DNA from: an uncultured Thermoanaerobaculia bacterium
GTDB lineage: Bacteria; Acidobacteriota; Thermoanaerobaculia; Thermoanaerobaculales; Sulfomarinibacteraceae
Direction: 5' to 3'
NCBI GenBank assembly: GCA_964420405.1
Contig: CAYQTL010000003.1
Coordinates: forward strand, 73,154 to 137,153
DNA: 64,000 nt
Shown: positions 45,809 to 53,124 of the stretch, piece after piece
How the letters are laid out: each line of letters begins with the position of its first letter
Numbering within the stretch: the stretch's first letter is position 1
The notes under the pieces: model-generated
Databases searched by the model: none
What the model was told of the DNA's origin: nothing
Seen by the model: the letters and a program-made list of their open reading frames with translations, nothing else
Translations under genes and position numbers: made by a program

Positions 45809-48061
45809 ATGGGCTCGAGCTCGGGGGAGCGGCGCAACCTGGCGGTGCTGACCAGCGGCGGCGACGCTCCCGGCATGAACCCGGCGGTCCGGGCGGTGGT
45901 GCGCAGCGCGCTGGACTCCGGTGTCGACGTATGGGCGGTCCGCGAGGGCTTCCGGGGGCTGGTCCGGGGCGGCGAGCACTTCGTCCCCATGAGCTGGGAG
46001 TCGGTCGGCGGAGTCCTGCACCGCGGCGGAACCGTCATCGGCACCGCCCGCGCGCCCGAGTTCCGTGAGCGCGACGGCCGCCAACGCGCGGTCGCCCACC
46101 TGGTGGCGCACGACATCTCGCGCCTGATCGTGATCGGCGGGGACGGCTCGCTGGTGGCGGCGGACCTGCTCCACCGGGAGTGGTCGGAGCTGCTGGGCGA
46201 GCTGGTGGCGCACGGCGAAATCCCGCAGGAGGACGCCGGGCGCCATCCCACCCTCGCCATCGCCGGCCTCGTCGGCTCGATCGACAACGACATGATCGGC
46301 ACCGACATGACGATCGGCGCCGACACGGCCCTGCACCGCATCACGGAGGCGGTGGACGCCATCTCCAGCACCGCCTCGAGCCACCAGCGCACCTTCGTGG
46401 TGGAGGTCATGGGACGCAACTGCGGCTACCTCGCACTGATGTCCGCTCTCGCCACCGGGGCCGACTGGGCGCTGGTCCCGGAGCGGCCGCCGTCCCGCGA
46501 CGACTGGCCCGAGCGGATGGCGGCGCGGCTGCGCGCCGGCCGGGAGGTCGGACGGCGCGACTCGATCGTGATCGTCGCCGAGGGTGCCCGCGACCGCCAC
46601 GGGAAGCCGATCACGTCCACCGTCGTCAAGGAGCACCTCGAGCGGCTGCTCGAGGAGGAGGTCCGGCTCACGATCCTGGGACACGTCCAGCGCGGCGGCG
46701 CGCCGTCGGCGTTCGACCGCTACATGTCCACCCTGCTCGGCCACGCCGCGGTCCGCGAGGTGCTCGAGGCGCGACCCGACGACGCACCACGGCTGATCGG
46801 CGTGCGCAACAACCGCATCACCCGGCTGCCGCTGGCCGAGTGCGTCCAGGCGACCCGGACCGCCGCCGAGGCGATCGCCTCGGGGGACTACGACCGCGCC
46901 CTCGAGATGCGCGGCGGCAGCTTCCGCGAGAACCTCGCGACCTTCCGGACCCTGGGCCGCGCGCTGCCCCATCCGCCGCAGCCGGACCGGCGACGGCTGC
47001 GACTGGCGGTCCTGACCGCGGGAGGCCCCGCCCCGGGCATGAACACCGCCGCGCGGGTCGCCGTCCGGCTGGGGCTGGACGGCGGCCATGTGATGCTCGG
47101 CGTGCGCAACGGCTTCGAGGGGCTCGCGGCCGGCGAGATCGAGGAGCTCGGCTGGATGAGCGTCCGCGGCTGGGCGACCGCCGGCGGCTCGGAGCTCGGC
47201 ACCAACCGGCGGGTCCCCGACGGCAAGGACCTGTACGCCATCGCGCGCACCATCGAGGAGCACGCCGTCGACGGCATCCTGGTGATCGGCGGCTGGGCCG
47301 CCTACACCGCCGCCCATCGCCTGCGCTCGCGGCGCGACGCCTACCCGGCGTTCGACCTGCCGATCGTCTGCCTGCCGGCGACCATCAACAACAACCTGCC
47401 GGGCTCGGAGATCTCCATCGGCGCCGACACGGCGCTGAACAGCATCGTCCACGCGGTGGACAAGATCAAGCAGTCGGCGGTGGCGTCCCGGCGCTGCTTC
47501 GTGGTCGAGGTGATGGGCCGCTACTGCGGCTTCCTGGCCCTGATGAGCGGCCTCGCCACCGGCGCCGAGCGCGTCTACCTGCACGAGGAGGGGGTCGCGC
47601 TGGCCGACCTGCAGCGGGACATCGACCACCTCGTCACCGGCTTTCGGCACGGCAAGCGGCTCGGCCTGATGATCCGCAACGAGAACGCCAACCCGTGCTA
47701 CTCGACGTCGTTCATGGTGACCCTGTTCGAGCAGGAGAGCGGCGACCTCTTCGAGGCCCGTCAGGCGATCCTCGGCCATCTCCAGCAGGGCGGCAGCCCG
47801 AGCCCGTTCGACCGCATCCAGGCGACCCGACTCGCCCGCCGCTGCCTCGAGCACCTCGCCGAGCAGGTAGGCGGGGGCACCTCCGGCGCCTGGGCCATCG
47901 GCCTCACCCAGGGCCGGGTCGAGATGCTCGACCTGGAGGACCTGCCGCGGCTGGTCGACGCCCCCCACCAGCGTCCCAAGACCCAGTGGTGGATGCAGCT
48001 GCGCGAGGTCGCGCGGCTCCTCGCCCAGCCCGGCCCCGGTCTTCCCCGCGACCCGGGCTAG
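45809..48061 (+). CDS. Tandem-domain (eukaryote-type) 6-phosphofructokinase
   Basis: Two PFK halves in one 750-aa frame: N-half GGDAPGMN/IGGDGS/GSIDNDM/MGRNCGY, C-half GGPAPGMN/IGGWAA/ATINNNL/MGRYCGF. GGGGAGG 9 nt before ATG 45809 (an alternative ATG at 45800 overlaps the SD). TACAAT at 45767-45772. Confidence 0.85.
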   Translation: MGSSSGERRNLAVLTSGGDAPGMNPAVRAVVRSALDSGVDVWAVREGFRGLVRGGEHFVPMSWESVGGVLHRGGTVIGTARAPEFRERDGRQRAVAHLVAHDISRLIVIGGDGSLVAADLLHREWSELLGELVAHGEIPQEDAGRHPTLAIAGLVGSIDNDMIGTDMTIGADTALHRITEAVDAISSTASSHQRTFVVEVMGRNCGYLALMSALATGADWALVPERPPSRDDWPERMAARLRAGREVGRRDSIVIVAEGARDRHGKPITSTVVKEHLERLLEEEVRLTILGHVQRGGAPSAFDRYMSTLLGHAAVREVLEARPDDAPRLIGVRNNRITRLPLAECVQATRTAAEAIASGDYDRALEMRGGSFRENLATFRTLGRALPHPPQPDRRRLRLAVLTAGGPAPGMNTAARVAVRLGLDGGHVMLGVRNGFEGLAAGEIEELGWMSVRGWATAGGSELGTNRRVPDGKDLYAIARTIEEHAVDGILVIGGWAAYTAAHRLRSRRDAYPAFDLPIVCLPATINNNLPGSEISIGADTALNSIVHAVDKIKQSAVASRRCFVVEVMGRYCGFLALMSGLATGAERVYLHEEGVALADLQRDIDHLVTGFRHGKRLGLMIRNENANPCYSTSFMVTLFEQESGDLFEARQAILGHLQQGGSPSPFDRIQATRLARRCLEHLAEQVGGGTSGAWAIGLTQGRVEMLDLEDLPRLVDAPHQRPKTQWWMQLREVARLLAQPGPGLPRDPG

Positions 48062-48074
48062 GTTCGGGCCGGCG

Positions 48075-48096
48075 TCCCGATCCCGATCCCGATCAC
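48075..48096. repeat. (CCCGAT)n hexamer array, 3 units
   Basis: tcccgatcccgatcccgatcac, 14 nt after the PFK stop. Confidence 0.9.
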
Positions 48097-48236
48097 GACG
48101 TCGCGGCCCGCCGTGAGCCGGCACCCAGGTTCCGGCCGCAGGCGGGCGCTCTCGCCGCAAGCGGGCCCGCCGGCCGCGCGGAGTTGACGCCGGCTTCAAC
48201 GCCGGTTCACCGACCGCTGCCACCGTCGGACCGGAG

Positions 48237-48905
48237 ATGGAGACTCGCAGCGCCCGCTCCCGGGCTCCACACCCGGCAGAGCCCCACCCGCCGACCCGCC
48301 GCCGTGTGCTGGGCTGGCTGCCGGCGTTGATGGCGCTGGCGGCGCTCGGCTCGCCCGACCGGGTGCGCGCGGCGCCGCCGGACGCCGTCACAGTGTCCGC
48401 GAGGATCCGGGTTCTTCGCCTGCCGGACGGCACGCTCGGAGCGCGGCTGTTTCCGGACGGCTTCGACACCGCGCTGGCGGGCCGGCTCGAGGGACCGGCC
48501 GTCGACCTCGAGATGCCCATGCCCGGGATCCTGCCGACCTACCGGATCGCCGGCACGGCCGACGGCAGCCGGGTCACGCTCCGGGTCGACCGCGGTCCGC
48601 TGTCGCCGCGTCTGCTGACGGCCCGCCGCCCGGCTCCCGGCGAGCCCTGGCAGGTGGGGATCCACGCCGTCGACCGCCACTGGAGCCCCCGGCGGCTGAC
48701 CAACGCCGGCCTCGCGGTGGTCGCCCCGGGCCCCTCCTGGCTGACGCTGGTGCCGCAGAAGGACGAGCCGCGCTACCGCCGCTACGAGCTGCGGGGCCGG
48801 CTCGACGGCGCGAGGGTCTCCGGCGGCCTCGAGGGGGTGCGCCACGGGGACGACGGCGAGCACCGCGACCTGCTCGCCACCGTCGACGGACGGTTCGGCG
48901 ACTGA
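48237..48905 (+). CDS. Hypothetical exported protein with Tat-like signal
   Basis: TRRRVLGWLPALMALAALGSPDRVRA resembles a twin-arginine signal. Normal composition afterwards, no recognised domain. Start context weak (GGAG abuts the ATG). Confidence 0.5.
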   Translation: METRSARSRAPHPAEPHPPTRRRVLGWLPALMALAALGSPDRVRAAPPDAVTVSARIRVLRLPDGTLGARLFPDGFDTALAGRLEGPAVDLEMPMPGILPTYRIAGTADGSRVTLRVDRGPLSPRLLTARRPAPGEPWQVGIHAVDRHWSPRRLTNAGLAVVAPGPSWLTLVPQKDEPRYRRYELRGRLDGARVSGGLEGVRHGDDGEHRDLLATVDGRFGD

Positions 48906-48947
48906 CCCGATCCCCCGCCGGCGGTGTCGTCGCAAGCCGGTCGCCCG

Positions 48948-48996
48948 CTCCGATCCCGCTCCCGATCCCGATCCCGATCCCGATCCCGATCCCGAC
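48948..48996. repeat. (CCCGAT)n hexamer array, about 7-8 units (longest in window)
   Basis: ctccgatcccgctcccgatcccgatcccgatcccgatcccgatcccgac, read directly; intergenic. Confidence 0.95.
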
Positions 48997-49150
48997 GAAC
49001 GGTGCTCCCCACACCTCGGACGCGCCACCCTCGTACCCTCCGCAGCCCGCCGCCTGGAGCCACCCGCGATTCCCCGCTGGGTGTCGCCCCGACCCGCGGC
49101 GGGAACGCCGGCGGCCCTCCGACCGATACATGCACCAGGAGGATGCTGCC

Positions 49151-49723
49151 ATGAGCCTCGACATCCGTGACACCGACGCCCTGCTGGTGGTCGACCCGCA
49201 GGTCGACTTCTTTCCAGGCGGCGCGCTGCCGGCGCCGGACGGCGACGGCATCCTGCCCACCGTGAACCGCTGCTTCGAGCGGTTCGGAGAGCGCGGCCTG
49301 CCGATCGTCGTGACCCGCGACTGGCATCCGCCCAACCACTGCTCGTTCCAGGAGCAGGGCGGGCCGTGGCCGGTCCACTGCGTCCAGGGCACCGCCGGCG
49401 CCGAGCTGCACCCGGGCCTCGAGCCGCCGCTGCTGTTCACCATGGTCCACAAGGCGACCTCCCCCGAACGGGAGGCCTACTCGGACTTCGAGGGCACGGG
49501 GCTCGAGGACCTGCTGAAGGGGCTGGGCGTCGAGCGGGTCGTCGTCACCGGTCTCGTGGTGGAGTACTGCATCCGGGCCGCCTGCCTCGACGGCCGCACG
49601 GCCGGTTTCGAGGTCGTGCTGCTGACCGACGGCACCCGCGCGGTCGACGCCGAGGACGGCCGCGAGGTCCTCGACGAGCTGCGGGACGCGGGCGTCGAGC
49701 TTCTCGACGGGATGCCGTCGTGA
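49151..49723 (+). CDS. pncA: Nicotinamidase/pyrazinamidase (isochorismatase family)
   Basis: LLVVDPQVDFFPGGALP, TRDWHPPNHCSF and VVVTGLVVEYCIRA (catalytic Cys) motifs. AGGAGG 8 nt before ATG 49151. Confidence 0.88.
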   Translation: MSLDIRDTDALLVVDPQVDFFPGGALPAPDGDGILPTVNRCFERFGERGLPIVVTRDWHPPNHCSFQEQGGPWPVHCVQGTAGAELHPGLEPPLLFTMVHKATSPEREAYSDFEGTGLEDLLKGLGVERVVVTGLVVEYCIRAACLDGRTAGFEVVLLTDGTRAVDAEDGREVLDELRDAGVELLDGMPS

Positions 49724-51078
49724 GCGACGCCTGGCTGCATCCGTCGGGCCTGTTCACGGACCTGTACGAGCTGACGATGATGCAGGCGTACCAGCGCCAC
49801 GGGCCGCACGGTACGGCCACCTTCGACCTGTTCGTGCGCGACCTGCCGGAGGGGCGCGGCTTTCTCGTCGCCGCCGGCCTGGCGACGGTGCTCGAGCAGA
49901 TCGAGGCGCTCGCCTTCTCCGACGACGACCTCGACTACCTCGAGGACCGCGGGATGTTCCGGCCCGAGTTCCTGGACCGCCTGCGACGCTACCGGTTCTC
50001 GGGCGAGGTGTGGGCGGTGCCCGAGGGGACCGCGGTGTTCCGCAACGAGCCGATCCTGCGCGTCACCGGACCGATCTTCGAGGCCCAGCTGCTCGAGACG
50101 CTGGTCATGAACCAGGTCCACCTACAGACCCTGATCGCGTCCAAGGCGGCCCGGATCGTGCTCGCCGCCGCCGGCCGCGCCGGGCTGGTGGACTTCGGCC
50201 TGCGCCGGATGCACGGCCTCGACGCCGGGATGATGGGCGCCCGCGGGCTGTGGATCGCCGGCTTCGACGGCACCTCGAACGTCGCCGCCGGCAAGCTGCT
50301 GGGGATCCCGATCTCGGGCACCATGGCGCACAGCTTCGTGCAGTGCCACTCGAGCGAGGAGCAGGCGTTCCGGGACTTTCTGGAGGCCTACCCGGAGACC
50401 GTGCTGCTGGTCGACACCTACGACACCGAGCGCGGCGTCGAGCGGGTCGTCGAGCTCGCCCGCGAGCTGGGCGACGACTTCCGCGCGCGCGGGATCCGGC
50501 TCGACTCGGGCGACCTGGTGGAGCTGGCGCGCTCCTCCCGGCGGAAGCTCGACGAGGCCGGGCTCGACGGCGTCAGGATCTTCGCCTCGGGCAACCTCGA
50601 CGAGCACCGCGTCGCGGAGCTGCTCGGCCGCGGCGCGCCGATCGACGCGTTCGGGGTCGGCACCCGCCTCGGCACCTCCCAGGACGAGCCCAACCTCGAC
50701 ATCGTCTACAAGCTCGCCCAGCTCGACGACCGGCCGCTGCTCAAGCTCTCCACCGACAAGGCGACCCTGCCCGGTGTCAAGCAGGTGTGGCGCCGGTCCG
50801 ACGACGGCGGGCGCTTCGACCGCGACGTCATCGGGCTCGCTGACGAGGAGCTCGACGGCGAGGCGCTGCTGCGCCCGGTGATGCGCGACGGCCGCCGCCT
50901 CGAGGACGCCCGCGAGGACCTCGACACGATCCGCCGGCGGGCCGCCGACCAGCTCCGGCGTCTGCCCGACGCGGTCCGCTCCCTCGAGCCGGCCGATCCT
51001 CCGTTCCCTGTCGAGGTGTCGGACCGTCTCCGCGGGCTGCGCGACGAGGTCGCGGCCGAGATCGCGGAGGGGCGGTGA
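49720..51078 (+). CDS. pncB: Nicotinate phosphoribosyltransferase
   Basis: FTDLYELTMMQAY, GTSNVAAG, GTMAHSF, RLDSGDL and FGVGTRL motifs. GTGA overlap with pncA. Confidence 0.9.
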   Translation: MSDAWLHPSGLFTDLYELTMMQAYQRHGPHGTATFDLFVRDLPEGRGFLVAAGLATVLEQIEALAFSDDDLDYLEDRGMFRPEFLDRLRRYRFSGEVWAVPEGTAVFRNEPILRVTGPIFEAQLLETLVMNQVHLQTLIASKAARIVLAAAGRAGLVDFGLRRMHGLDAGMMGARGLWIAGFDGTSNVAAGKLLGIPISGTMAHSFVQCHSSEEQAFRDFLEAYPETVLLVDTYDTERGVERVVELARELGDDFRARGIRLDSGDLVELARSSRRKLDEAGLDGVRIFASGNLDEHRVAELLGRGAPIDAFGVGTRLGTSQDEPNLDIVYKLAQLDDRPLLKLSTDKATLPGVKQVWRRSDDGGRFDRDVIGLADEELDGEALLRPVMRDGRRLEDAREDLDTIRRRAADQLRRLPDAVRSLEPADPPFPVEVSDRLRGLRDEVAAEIAEGR

Positions 51079-51136
51079 GGCGGCGCTTGCGGCGCCGCCC
51101 GGCGGGATCCACACTCCACATGGAGGGGGCGCGCCG

Positions 51137-52228
51137 GTGAGCGACACGGCGACCGCAGAGCGGCATCCCACCCGCCACTGGACCCGGCTGGAGGACGGCC
51201 GCGTGCTGTGCGAGGTGTGCCCGCGGCTGTGCCGGCTCCGCGACGGCCAGCGCGGCCTGTGCTTCGTCCGCATGGCGGCGGACGGCGAGATCGTGCTCGC
51301 CACCTACGGCCGCTCGTCGGGGTTCTGCATCGACCCGATCGAGAAGAAGCCCCTCAACCACTTTCTGCCGGGCACCCCGGTGCTGTCGTTCGGCACCGCC
51401 GGCTGCAACCTCGCGTGCCGGTTCTGCCAGAACTGGGACATCTCCAAGTCCCGCGAGATCGACACGCTGGCCGACGAGGCGTCGCCCGGCGCGATCGCGG
51501 CGGCAGCCGAGCGGACCGGCTGCCGGTCGGTGGCGTTCACGTACAACGACCCGGTGGTCTTCATGGAGTACGCGATCGACACCGCCGCCGCGTGCCACGC
51601 CCGGGGGATCGCGACCGTCGCCGTCACCGCCGGCGAGATCCTGCCCGAGCCGCGCCGCGAGCTGTTCGCCGCCATCGACGCCGCCAACGTCGACCTGAAG
51701 TCGTTCCGCGAGGAGTTCTACCGGAAGCTCACCGGCGGCGGCCGCCTGGAGCCGGTGCTCGACACGCTGCGGTACCTGCGGCACGAGACCGACGTCTGGT
51801 TCGAGCTGACGACCCTGCTGATCCCGGGTCACAACGACTCCGACGAGGAGCTCGACGAGATGACCCGGTGGGTGGTCGCCGAGCTGGGTCCCGACGTGCC
51901 GATGCACTTCACCGCGTTCCATCCGGACTACAAGATGCTCGACGTGGCGCCGACGCCCCCCGAGACCCTCCGTCGGGCGCGCCGGATCGCCATCGCCAAC
52001 GGGGTCCGCTACGCCTACACCGGAAACGTCCACGACGCCGACGGCGGCTCGACCCGCTGCCACCGCTGCGGCACGGTGCTCATCGGCCGCGACTGGTACC
52101 GGCTGAGCGACTGGCGGCTCGACGATGAGGGCGCCTGCCGTGAGTGCGGCGAGCCGCTTCCCGGCCGGTTCGAGCCACAGCCTGGCAGCTGGGGACCCCG
52201 CCGCCAGCCGGTACGGATCGGCCGGTAG
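51137..52228 (+). CDS. amrS: AmmeMemoRadiSam-system radical SAM enzyme (AmrS-like)
   Basis: CEVCPRLCRLRDGQRGLCFVR N-terminal Cys motif, IDPIEKKPLNHF, GCNLACRFCQNWDIS radical SAM cluster, C-terminal CHRCG..CRECG. GGAGGGGG SD. Confidence 0.85.
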   Translation: MSDTATAERHPTRHWTRLEDGRVLCEVCPRLCRLRDGQRGLCFVRMAADGEIVLATYGRSSGFCIDPIEKKPLNHFLPGTPVLSFGTAGCNLACRFCQNWDISKSREIDTLADEASPGAIAAAAERTGCRSVAFTYNDPVVFMEYAIDTAAACHARGIATVAVTAGEILPEPRRELFAAIDAANVDLKSFREEFYRKLTGGGRLEPVLDTLRYLRHETDVWFELTTLLIPGHNDSDEELDEMTRWVVAELGPDVPMHFTAFHPDYKMLDVAPTPPETLRRARRIAIANGVRYAYTGNVHDADGGSTRCHRCGTVLIGRDWYRLSDWRLDDEGACRECGEPLPGRFEPQPGSWGPRRQPVRIGR

Positions 52229-52268
52229 AACCGCCCCCCCCCGCACCCCCCCTCCCGATCCCGCTCCC

Positions 52269-52324
52269 GTCATCCTGAGCGACCGGAGCGCCCGTCAGGG
52301 CGCGGAGGGAGTCGAAGGACCTCC
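52269..52324. repeat. Intergenic repeat module M1, copy 2
   Basis: Matches 3876-3931 except for the central loop (cccgtcagggcgcgg vs cccttggggacgcgg). Confidence 0.9.
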
Positions 52325-52376
52325 ACACTCGCTGCGCCGCCGTTCACGGAGGTCGGAACAGCCACGGAGCCAGGAT

Positions 52377-52417
52377 CAGCGGCAGCGACAGGGTCAGCGA
52401 CAGGGTCAGCCGCAGCG
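52377..52417. repeat. Repeat module M4 (CAGCGACAGGGTCAGC units)
   Basis: cagcggcagcgacagggtcagcgacagggtcagccgcagcg. Runs into the 221-bp repeat. Confidence 0.8.
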
Positions 52418-52621
52418 TGCAGCCCCCGGGCGACCTCGGTCTCCCCTCTCTCGCGTCCTCTCCCCCGTCCGCACCGATGCGGCGGCAGGAGCAGCGGCAG
52501 CGACGACACCGGATCCCGAATCCCGCCGCCCGCCACCTGCCGCCCGGATCCCAAGCTCCGGGCGGCGGGTGGCCGGAATCGGGAGCCGGGCTTCGGGTTC
52601 CGGCGGTCGCGGCCCGGCTGC
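52401..52621. repeat. 221-bp perfect direct repeat, left copy
   Basis: Identical base for base to 56797-57017 (offset 4396, checked by eye). Contains a 16-bp-stem hairpin at 52533-52572. Confidence 0.95.
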
Positions 52622-52634
52622 TTGCGGGTTGCGG

Positions 52635-52813
52635 GTGCCCGGTCCGACGATTTGGCGATCTTGAAGTCTGCCTCCGCGCCGTGGTGACCCGCTCATCAAG
52701 CCGTCGAACTGCGTCGTGGCCTCGAAACGGTGGAGAGGAACCGGGACGAGCCCACGCTCGAGAGCCGACCCAGGAACCGTCCCAGGGAATCGCCAGATCG
52801 TCGGGCCCGGCAC
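52635..52813. mobile_element. MITE-like element, left copy (about 179 bp with about 26-bp terminal inverted repeats)
   Basis: Ends GTGCCCGGTCCGACGATTTGGCGATC and GAATCGCCAGATCGTCGGGCCCGGCAC are inverted repeats (about 22/26 match). Second copy at 56237-56422. No ORF inside. Confidence 0.55.
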
Positions 52814-52858
52814 CGCAAGCCACAAGCGTGGACACCATTACGAGGAAGCCCCCGAAGT

Positions 52859-52946
52859 GTCCGCGTTCGCTCGAATCACTGTCCGCGTTCCCTCGAGTTC
52901 GTGTCCACGTTCGCTCGGAACCCTGTCCGCGTTGCGTCGGCCTCCG
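52859..52946. repeat. Four direct repeats with exact 22-bp period (core GTCC[G/A]CGTT[C/G])
   Basis: Cores start at 52859, 52881, 52903 and 52925. The units share GTCCGCGTTCGCTCG-like heads and variable tails. Confidence 0.85.
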
Positions 52947-53124
52947 CAGTGAAGGACCTTGTGCCGACATGGCCGTGTTGTGAGGTTGTTATCAGTGGCA
53001 CCTTTGACTGGCACGGTTTCACCAACCGGCTATTGAAACCGGCGGACGGGTGCCTGGCATCCGCCGATCGCCATGGGGCGCGGGATGGCCGGTTCTGCTT
53101 CAGCGGTGCCCCACCTTCTGAGAA

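Noticed and set aside
45701-48520. 939-aa minus-strand ORF
   Set aside because: It lies antisense to the tandem PFK gene and is a shadow ORF by composition.
52859-52946. Possible CRISPR array (regularly spaced repeats); the same question applies to the hexamer arrays
   Set aside because: The period is only 22 bp, with about 10-15 bp conserved heads and about 8 bp tails, and only four units. No cas genes are present. The hexamer arrays have no spacers at all.
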